Assembly: GCA_964016885.1 (NCBI GenBank)
Contig: OZ024740.1
Location: 113,150,001 to 113,214,000, forward strand
Source of the DNA: Eledone cirrhosa
Taxonomy: Eukaryota
Direction of reading: 5' to 3'
Length of the DNA: 64,000 bases
A program made the translations under genes and the position numbers. This document shows positions 52,195-64,000 of this stretch, in pieces; the stretch's first letter is position 1, and the number at the start of each line of letters is the position of its first letter. The notes beneath the pieces were generated by a model that did not search any database, was not told the DNA's origin, and worked only from the letters and a program-made list of their open reading frames with translations.

Positions 52195-52867
52195 TAAATA
52201 TAAGTATGTATACGTACATACATATATGTATACAGAGGTACAGTAGTATGTATATATATACATACATGCACACATACATATATGTACGTATGGATTTACC
52301 AAATATTTATTATAATGATCGGTTTGTTTGTAAACAAACAGCCCGAATTATGCAGTACAGTGTCTAGCAACCATCGTTGCATATTTGTTCAACACTGACA
52401 AAGGAACGCTGTACTAGTTTCAAGCTTATTAGCTATCGTCAGCACCGTATACCTTCCTGCCAGGTGATTGAACGTCTGAAAGTATATACTTTCTTTATGC
52501 ATATTAACAGCTGAACAGCCTAATTTGCATATCGAGTTAGTTAATCGGCCGGGCACACTGAAAACGATAAATGGAAAAAATGAAACGAAATTTCATTTCT
52601 CACTCTTAGTGCGGTGTCGAACAAAAGGGCAACGATGGTTGCTAAACACTGTACGGCTTAATTCGGGCTGTTTGTTTACAAAAAAACCGAGCATTATAAT
52701 AAATGTTCGGTAAACCATACGTACATATATATATGTGTGCATGTATGTATATATATACATACTACTGTACGTCTGTATACATATATGTATGTACGTATAC
52801 ATACTTATATTTAAGTAACAGCCGTACTAAGAGTGAGAAATGAAATTTCGTTTCATTTTGTCCATTT
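52195..52867 (-). mobile_element. Non-coding hammerhead-bearing fold-back unit in (AT)n
   Basis: Inverted repeats 52195-52396/52613-52813 and 52569-52614/52822-52867; hammerhead in the spacer. Confidence 0.72.
52408..52446 (-). ncRNA. Minimal type-I hammerhead ribozyme
   Basis: Minus strand GGUG-CUGACGA-U-AGCU-AAUA-AGCU-U-GAAA-CUAG-UA/CAGC: intact core, palindromic ACUAGU, GUA cleavage triplet, stem I 3 of 4 pairs. Confidence 0.78.
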
Positions 52868-52899
52868 TTTTATATATATATATATATATATAACATTTT

Positions 52900-52942
<43 letters not shown>

Positions 52943-54612
52943 CAAAAGGCATATCCTTCAGAATTACTTAATGGGTAGATATGACTGTGGAATGCTCTGC
53001 CATGTGCACGTTAGTTTTGGAACAAGCCGTTTCGCTGATAATGATACTAGAACACTAATTCAATATTACCTTTTATTTTAGGGTCAAATTACATAAAAGA
53101 AATGAAGAATTTAATATTTAGTCAAACATATAGAAAAAGAAAGTGGAATTGCAAACGATTATAAATGCTCTATATGAGAGGAAAATGGGGGAGGGAAAAA
53201 AGGATTATTAATCAACGAAAGAAAGAAAGAGGAAAGGGGGCGGGAATGACAAATTCTAAACAGAAATCAGTGTGGTGTTTCGGCTGCGAGCCGCGGACAA
53301 AGTGACAAAGGCATTTCCCCGGTGAATGGTCAGCGACACCCGCTTCAACAGACTCACCACTTCCTGTGGCTCTTTCTCAGACGAGCTGCTGTCATTCCGA
53401 TTTTATGGAGGAGGTCACAGTTGTCAAAACTGCTGTATGTCCAATACCAATTAATAATAGAGCGAGAATTTATGCATTTCCAGAACGTATCATCCCCGTA
53501 TTTAGGACGCAGCATGGCCAATTGGTAGAAAAGTTCGCTTTGAAATCATTAGTTGCCAAGATTTATCCAACTCTGTAGCATCAGCAAGTGTAATTTACAA
53601 GAGCATCAGATAGATGAGGGAAATTGGATAAAGGGAAACTGTATCTAAGCCCGTTGTGGGGATTGTACTCTAATTCAAATGGCCGGCCTTTTCACCGATT
53701 ACCTTATGCTAAATCTTCATGAGTATATCCTAGATGTAAAACAGATCTTACGTACATACATTGAAGGTGCGTGATCTTCTAATGCTCAACCTCTTGCACG
53801 TTAATTTCTTGAGTAGGTTTTCCCTATACAATTGGACCACGTGCCGTCAGAACCGATGGGGATCAAATACACAATGTGAATTTGTGTATTAAATTGAGAT
53901 TGGTATCTACGTGATATTTATCAGTATGGACGTTAGTGTTATGTCGGCAGTATATATAACACCTGTAGCTAATTCGAACTCTAATGTTCAGTATTCTATG
54001 TCGAGAAAATATCGCGTTATCACGTTATCGATTTCTTTATTGTGATACAGCCAAAGCCAGGCAGCCTTCGTTAAGGGTTATCTGAAACTAGGTGTCAAAA
54101 AAGGTCATTATGATCACGTTTCAACATTAATAATATAAAGCCATATAAAAACCTCATACATTGCGCCTAAGATTCCTTTAATTATATCCACACTATCTGT
54201 CTCAGTTTACTATATATAGTTATACACACATGCATGCAATCACATAATGCAAGTTTGTGATACATACTCACATATACATACACATATACAGGTTTACATA
54301 TACAAGTGTACATACACATATACAAGTTTAGTATACACAGCAATGGCAACATAGAGAACCAAAAGCAATTGAAGGGTTTACCTCATATATATATATATGT
54401 GAACACTCGCAAATTAAAGTAGAGAGAGCCAAACTTATTTTAAGGGGACACATATACTGTTAAACATGTAAACACAATCAATCACACATTATTAAAGGCA
54501 ATATTAACGCAGACACATATATACACCTTTATACACACAAATTATTTAATGTAATACTAGTCATGGGTTTATAAGTATATCTATATCTATATATATTATC
54601 CATATGTATATA

Positions 54613-54770
<158 letters not shown>

Positions 54771-55734
54771 CATAATTTATGTATAATGGCTATACTGGGA
54801 TTGATCAATTTGATATTCACAATCTTGATATACAAAGAGTGTATAATGTATATGTATGTGTATAAATATATTTACACACACGCACACACAGATACAGATA
54901 GACACACACAAACACACACACACATAGATATATATATATATATATATATATACATACATAAATATATATATATAAATGTATATACGTATATATGTATCAG
55001 GATGTACAATGATGTTACTAAACTAAACTTGTAACTCCCAACACACACGTATATATATATACATACATAAATATATATATATATATAAATATATATATAA
55101 GTATATATATATATATAAATATATATATAAATATAAATATATATAAATATATATAAATATATATATAAATATAAATATATATAATTGTATATGTATGTGT
55201 GTGTGTATGTGTATGCATGAATATGTATGTATATATATAATCCCACATATACACACGTGTGTGTGTGTGTACGTGTGTGGGTGTGTGTGTGTTTACGTTT
55301 GTGCGTGATATATGTTTGTGTAAGTAAGATCAACAATTTCCATATTTTCCAAACGTTATAATTACAGTTTAATTAGAAAAAGAAAAAAGTAATCACAACA
55401 GATTTGCTATGTTACAGGTGTTAGATTTTGTTTATAATCCAATCTGAAACCCACTTTTTTAATGGAATATATATCATGAACTAATAATTTAACATATTTG
55501 GGAAATCGTCCAATGGATGATTAGTTTACTTTTTCTTAGCTAATTATATTTTAAGTGTTTTCGTTCTTCCCACTCTTATTATTATTTTTTTAAATGTTTA
55601 GTTCATTGTTATAGAAGGTTTGGAAATTTGTTTTGTTAGTTTAATTATATTATTTAACGGATTTATATAGTTTCGGTGGTATATATGTATGTATGCATGC
55701 ATACATGCATACATATATATATATATATTCGTAA

Positions 55735-55915
55735 TGGTGAGGTTGTGCATTCGATTCCCGGACTGGGAGATGTGTTATGTCCTTGAGTAAGACACTTTAT
55801 TTCATGGTGCTTCTTTTACCTTGGGTTGCGACCGATAGATAGTATTAGCAATTGGAAAGGGCAATGAAAACATTGTTTCCTCGGTCCGATTTGACGAAAG
55901 TGGATCGACTATCGA
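55735..55915 (+). mobile_element. SINE family 2, ending in (AT)n
   Basis: TTCGATTCCCGG, GTCCTTGAGTAAGACACTTT; tail homologous to 23248-23340. Confidence 0.8.
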
Positions 55916-55919
55916 TATA

Positions 55920-56017
<98 letters not shown>

Positions 56018-56286
56018 TATATATATATATATATATGATCGACCATAAGATCAGGTGGATTCAGCTCGCTACCACTTTTAAAGAAGAGGTGTCTAGCCGA
56101 AACTTCCTGAGCTCACTGACGATTCTTTACTTTACTAATGTGTATATACAAGGAAATTTCATTTAAAATTTGATCTATTTTCTGACTATTCATAGTGATT
56201 CTAACATTTCCAGCATAACAAATTCTGTGAGATCATGATCATTATAATCATCCCTTAAAAGGGATGATTATAATTGTAGAGTTACA

Positions 56287-56411
56287 CCCCTTTATAGTCT
56301 GTGTTCACATCCCGTTGAGGTTCACTTTGCCTTTCATCCTTACGGGGTCGATAAAATAAAGTACCAGTAAGGTACTGGGTAATTGCTGGCCTTGAGCCAA
56401 AAGTAGAAACA
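56287..56411 (+). mobile_element. SINE family 1, 5'-truncated
   Basis: Core and tail nearly identical to the consensus. Confidence 0.85.
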
Positions 56412-56417
56412 ATTCTA

Positions 56418-56930
56418 ATCATCCCTTTTACGTCCGCTTTTCCACGCTTGTATTGGTTGGACGGGTCCCTTCCAGTACAACATCTCTCCACTCGTCGTGT
56501 TCCTTCTTATCTCCTCGATGAATCTCATCGATTTAAGATCATCAGCTCTCACCACCTCTACACAGGTCTTCCTCCGTCAGCCTCTACTGCGGACTACTTC
56601 CACTGGTATTTCCTGACACTTCCACACACACCAATATTCGTCTATGCCCAACATGTGTCTGTACCAACACATTCTTCTCAAACCAACACATTCTTCTCAA
56701 ACCAACACATTCTTCTCAAACCAACACATTCTTCTCAAACCCAGCTTCTCCCTTAGCTCAACCTACCTTTCTCTCACATTTACATTGCACATCCAATGAA
56801 GCATAGTTGCTTCATTTCTCTCCAGTCTACGCATGTCCTCTGCAGTCACAGCCCATATTCCATTACCATGCAACATCGCACTTCGCACACTGACATCATA
56901 CAGTCCTCCTTTTATACGTAGAGAGAAATC
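56418..56930 (-). mobile_element. RTE-type LINE 3' fragment with internal 20-bp tandem repeat (56662-56741)
   Basis: Minus strand reads ...GLYDVSVRSAMLHGNGIWAVTAEDMRRLERNEATMLHWMC..., an RTE thumb-region motif; ACCAACACATTCTTCTCAAA x4. Confidence 0.7.
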
Positions 56931-57136
56931 TTTATTCTATTATGGTCTTCGAGCACCCTCCACTGCTGCTCCTCTTGACGAATACTTGCTTTCCTTTCCC
57001 TACCAACAGCAACAGTTTTTTATCTTTACTCTTTGCCGATTCTGTTCGTCTATATTTCGCTGTTGCTTTTCTTCGATTTTGGAGTCTTTCGCGGCGCTGT
57101 TCTTCACTTTCATTCTCCTTTTGTAGCTGCTTTGCA

Positions 57137-57315
57137 ATGGCAGTATCGATAGATGATTAGACGCTATGGTTTGCAGCATAGAGTTACGGCCATTTACGGT
57201 CTGAGCTCAAATCTCGCCGAAGTCAACTTTGCCTTTCATCCTTACGGGGGTCGATAAAATAAAGCACCAGTAATGCACTGGGGTAATTGCTGACCTTGTG
57301 CCAAAAGTAGAAACT
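57137..57315 (+). mobile_element. SINE family 1
   Basis: TGGCAGTATCG head, core and tail. Confidence 0.85.
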
Positions 57316-58145
57316 ATTGTGTCCCACGTCATAACGCTAAACGCTCTTCTCCACAACTTCGGATATTTTCAAGGCGCTGCTACACGACAAAAATATTTAC
57401 TTCTTTATATATTGTTTGGAAGGAAATATATATTTAATTTAGTTGCAGAAATTCATATTAGCTATGATACTTTAGAGTTCAATAATACGGCCTCCCTGAA
57501 ATCTGTGACCTGTGCGGCTGCCTAGTTAGTCTTAATGGTAGTGCCTGTTCTTCCCCAGAGCATTTCAATCAACCTCGATGCGGTAAACATGCTTTAAAAT
57601 GAATGATTTCAATCAACGGTATTGCCAATCGTCTGAACTAGACAAGATTAATGGAGGGAATAACTGACAATGGTCTTGGAAGAATACTAGTTGTCAACCA
57701 GTTGAATATTCGTAGTCTTTTCAGTAGGGCTTTCAGGTTCGGGATTATGAACATTCCAAAATGTTCTTAATCTCATAGTGTTTTTGAAATGGCATATTAT
57801 ATATATATATATATATATATGAGTCTGTTCATTGTAATGTGTGTCTTTGTGTTAAACAGCTGTTAACCAGTGTATTTCTAGGAAGTCTGAGTAACACGTA
57901 GCGATCTCCGTTTTGATCCGAAATAATGTTTGTTGGTGTCGACGTATGTACGACATTAAGTGCGTGACAACAAAACGTTCGTGCCGTTGTAAATGACAGA
58001 TTCGCGAAGATTTGGAAGAAATTCACACACTCACGTACATACAGATGTATATAGAAATAAATATATATATATACATACATAATATTAACATTTGTACTGC
58101 CTCTTTGCTTCCACGTTGTTTTTTTGTTTTCTGTTTACTGTCTCA

Positions 58146-58183
<38 letters not shown>

Positions 58184-58185
58184 GC

Positions 58186-60165
<1,980 letters not shown>

Positions 60166-60201
60166 CTCTCGTTCTATTTATACATACATACATACATGCG
60201 T

Positions 60202-60256
<55 letters not shown>

Positions 60257-61127
60257 TTTAAATCGATATCCAGTGATTTCGATTTCGCTATTTTCAATTT
60301 GCTCAGAGGATTAATTGGAGTACAACATTCCCGGCCAGAAACCTACGCTATGAAAATAGTGTAATTATTGTATTGACAGATTAACATATGAAAACGTTAA
60401 AGTACTCAAAATGTGTCAAATTCCATGCAGAATTACCCGATCATCAATCTATATATATAAAACTGAGGTTGTCTGTCTGTCTTCAAAAACGGTCGGCACA
60501 CATCTCCTAAACCGTACGTTCAAATTTCGGTGAAATTGATACACTTATAGATGAATGTCCGGCGGAGTCATCGGTCAAAAAAATGTTCAAATAGACCCAC
60601 GCTAAGTGCAAAAATCGAATTTGAAATGTATTGATTTTTCCGTTCAAATGTATAAATAGAGATGAGAGACGAGTTATTTCCCTTTTATGGCTTCATTTGC
60701 TTATCTATTTACGTTATGTATAAACGACGCGTGCAAATGTACAAAAATACACAAACAACTTTCGGGCAAGAAAAATTTTAACCTGCAAAATTCATGAGTT
60801 CGAAGTTTCAACATTAAACTTCCATTTTGCTTCATTTCCATTAAAAAGTTTTTTAAAACAATATTTTTACTTGAAAACAAACCCATTTGAATACACCGTA
60901 AAACAAGCAAATATTTTGTAAAAAAGGCATTGATCTCGAATAAAGCCTTATGAAATTTTCATTTAGAAGCAATGATTTTAAACGACAAACAGATAACGCA
61001 TTTTTTTTTTGGCTTTTCATATCCATCCAATTTCTTTGTTTCAAAATAACTGATAGTTTGGTTACGCTGATGTTTTTCTCTGAGACAACTGTTGCAGTGT
61101 TTACATTTTCGATTTGTTAATAGATTA

Positions 61128-62829
61128 CACCGTGTACCAAAAACAATTTTTTTCTCTGTTCCTGGCATGTTATCACTTTTTTTGTGTTGCTTAGGTCCTA
61201 AATAAAAAAAAAACAGTTAAAAGTTAGAATTATTTGTATGCTGGATTTTACGTTGTATGTAAGTTTAATTTTCTTATGTTAAATGATTTTTTAAATATAT
61301 GTTTCAGGTTAAATTAAAAATATAAAATAAAGAGTAATACCTAAAGAAAATTATAAAAGTGCAATAAAGTATAACATTGTTAAAAAGTGGATTAAAGAGA
61401 TTTATTGATACTGGATTTTCGCACCCTAAATAAAGGGTAAGTTGTGTTTTAAGCATTCGTCTCCAGGATGAAGCAGTGGAACTTGGTCAAGGAGGAAGTG
61501 CAGGTGACAAGTCAGAGAAGTCGACACGAACCTTTCTCAGGCTTTTACACTCTTAGGGGTGGCCTCTGCTTCTGCCATGACGTGCCTAGGACTGGTTGAC
61601 GTTATTGGGGTGCCGTTTGTGCCCAAGGAGTGGCGGCTATTTATAGACAGCTCCACCACAAGTTTGAAGGCTGTCCTCCTCCACAATGGAAACAAGTTCC
61701 TGACACTGCCCCTAGCTCATTCAGTCTGCCTGAAGGAAGATTACTACAGTGTGAAAGTCCTCTTGGAAGCTCTGCAATACAACCAGTACAATTGGGAAAT
61801 CATTGCTGACTTCAATATGGTGGATTTCCGACTTGGACTCCAAGGAGGCTTTATCAAATTCCAACGCCTCCTCTGCCTTTAGGACAGCAGAGCCACCTCT
61901 GACCACTACAAAAGAAAGAACTGGGAGCAGCGAACAGAATTTGTAGTTGGAACCCGGAACGTCATGTGGGAGCCACTGGTTGATCTCAGGATTCTACTCA
62001 TGCCACCACTGCACATTAAGTTGGGGTTGATGAAGCAGTTTGTGAAGGCTCTCAACCAATAATCGGCCGCTTTTAAGTACCTTCTTGAGTTCTTCCCCAA
62101 GTTATCTGAGGCCAAAATCAAAGGTGGAATTTTTGTTGGACCTCAGATAAAGAAGGTGTTTGAGTCTACAGAGTTCTCCAATAAGCTCTATAGGATTGAG
62201 AGAACAGCATGGAACTGTTTCAAGGCAGTTGTTAAGGGATTCCTGGGCATCTACAGAGCTGAAATCTACCAGCAACTGGTGCAGGATCTGATAAAGGCTT
62301 TTGGCGCCATGTGATGTAGGATGTCGCTTAAACTCAATATGCGGGACGCTCACCTGGAAACATACAAGGACAATATGGGCGCCTACTCGGAAGAACAAGG
62401 CGAACAATTCCACCAAGATGTGAAAGAGATAGAGCGGAGGTACCAGGGCCACTACAATGAAAACATGATGGGGACTATATCTGGGGGCTAGTGCGGGAAT
62501 GCGACCTGGACTACAACCGCAAATCCAGGAAATCCAGTCATTTCTGACGTGTATAAGTTGCTTTATATGTTTTATTTGTTTTTACTTGTTTGCTTTTGAT
62601 AAGCTTGTGTAATAAAATAAATATATACTCTGTTGATTTAATTATATGAACTGATAAATTTAAAAAAATGTGTTTTTTCTTGAAAAATATGAAAATTTCG
62701 AAATATCAAACTCCTGACTATAAACCCAAACTTCTGATTAAATAATAGTGTTTTTTTTTATAATAATGGGATATAACAAACCACGAAATGACACTTAGAA
62801 CCGAGGAACAAAAAATATGTTACACGGTG
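61128..62829 (+). mobile_element. Chapaev3-type (CMC) DNA transposon, internally deleted
   Basis: TIRs CACCGTGTA...TTTTT...GTTCCT / AGGAACAAAAAATATGTTACACGGTG; TTA duplicated at 61125-61127 and 62830-62832. Confidence 0.85.
61559..62547 (+). pseudogene. Chapaev3 transposase, catalytic region with stops
   Basis: EWRLFIDSSxxSLKAVLLHNGN, LGLQGGF, PPLHIKLGLMKQFVKAL, KIKGGIFVGPQI, MSLKL, GAYSEEQGEQFHQD...ERRYQG. Confidence 0.85.
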
Positions 62830-63148
62830 TTACCAGTGCAATTTTTATCCCCAGCACCCTCTTTTGTTTTAACATTCAGGTTATGGTTATGTTTTCTTAA
62901 CTTCATAAGGCATACTGTTGGTTGAGGGAATATTAATCAAAAGTACCACATAAAAGTCTACACTGTAGACTCTACAGTTTTTAAGCCAAGAAAGGAACTT
63001 AACATTGTAACTTTAACACAGCTACTGAGCATCCCCGAGCAACGCCGGGCTTTACTGCTAGTTACTGATAAATCCATAACCATCTAATTCCCGACAAGTG
63101 AATTCTCTTCGGCCAGCAGTCTACAAATGTATGCATCTATCTATCTAT

Positions 63149-63227
63149 TTTTTTTTCATATACCTGTATGTTAAACTCCCCATTTGTATTTGTCCCCTTC
63201 TTTTGTGCTCTTGTGGCTAATAAAGAA

Positions 63228-63228
<1 letters not shown>
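63149..63228 (+). mobile_element. 3' stub of the Tx1 copy-D subfamily between (ATCT)n tracts
   Basis: TTTGTATTTGTCCCCTTCTTTTGTGC..TGTGGCTAATAAAGAAAT matches 44516-44562; (ATCT)n at 63135-63148 and 63228-63283. Confidence 0.85.
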
Positions 63229-63284
<56 letters not shown>

Positions 63285-63475
63285 GATAACTAGCTATTTA
63301 TAAAGTATCACCCTCTCTCCCTTTCTCTCTCTTTCACCTCACTGTACTTTACGTTACAACCAAGAAACGTCATTTAAGAAATATTTGATAGCGTGCATAA
63401 AATTGACATATATACAGATGAAGAAAATTCCGTGTACAGTCAAAAATTCAATCAACGACAATAATATTATCACCA

Positions 63476-63476
<1 letters not shown>

Positions 63477-63543
<67 letters not shown>
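63477..63543. repeat. (CTA)n microsatellite
   Basis: Directly visible. Confidence 0.95.
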
Positions 63544-64000
63544 GAAACAATAAAATGGTTGAACTACAGTACAAAGCTCATCCATTTTTAGAGAAGTTGT
63601 TTGTTTCGTTAGGAGTTGACCTTGAGTGAAACCTCAACAACAAACAGTGGTATTCATTCTAACGTATAACGCTGCTATTGAGTTAACTGAAACATATTTT
63701 GTTAAATGAAAGGCCAGCTTCACCTTTGAAGATGCGTCTGCTCGTTCTGGGGCGAAATATCAACAAAAATAACAACAGCAAGCACGTGCAATTGTTCTAA
63801 AGTTTAGCATATATTTATTTACCATGTATGTATTTTATTAAATGATAACCCAAGTCAACATTGAACATATGTTTGCTCGATTAGGACTGACATGCGCATA
63901 ACCGACAACAACAGCCTGGAATATATAATTCATTCATTTGACTATAAAGTACAAGTCAATCTTTGGACATATTTCAGGACTGAGCTACGGTTAAACAACT

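Larger units (their letters stand above)
60448..63061 (+). mobile_element. Non-autonomous Helitron
   Basis: Begins A|TCTATATATATAAA followed by GTCTGTCTGTC; ends with hairpin CCCGAGCAACGCCGGG (63034-63049) and CTAG|T; no TSD. Confidence 0.75.

Noticed and set aside
56662-56741. Four 20-bp direct repeats (CRISPR-like?)
   Set aside because: No spacers, no cas genes, eukaryotic context; a simple tandem expansion inside an RTE fragment.

Overview
Eukaryotic, AT-rich, microsatellite-laden DNA with no recognisable host protein-coding gene. The SINE and microsatellite make-up looks octopod/cephalopod-like (inference). Nearly all long ORFs are decayed transposon fragments or translated simple repeats. 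(1) At 2.4-22.9 kb there is a chain of non-LTR retrotransposons joined through (ATT)n tracts: three near full-length Tx1/L1-type LINEs, one 5'-truncated Tx1 copy, three R4/Dong-type RLE-LINE pieces and tRNA-derived SINEs. (2) A fourth, divergent Tx1 copy (39.1-44.6 kb) and a 3' stub (63.2 kb) sit in (ATCT)n instead. (3) Many short non-coding units embedded in (AT)n carry minimal type-I hammerhead ribozyme motifs and the tandem-plus-inverted layout of Penelope-like elements/retrozymes; one region forms a ~2 kb nested palindrome (58.2-60.2 kb). (4) There are RTE fragments, two SINE families and a non-autonomous Helitron carrying a Chapaev3 transposon with intact TIRs and a TTA TSD. The most interesting signals are Tx1 subfamilies partitioned by microsatellite target, a SINE whose 3' tail matches the Tx1 3' end, and hammerhead-bearing fold-back units whose inversion breakpoints cluster near the predicted self-cleavage site. 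All coordinates and alignments were read by eye; no database searches were run.
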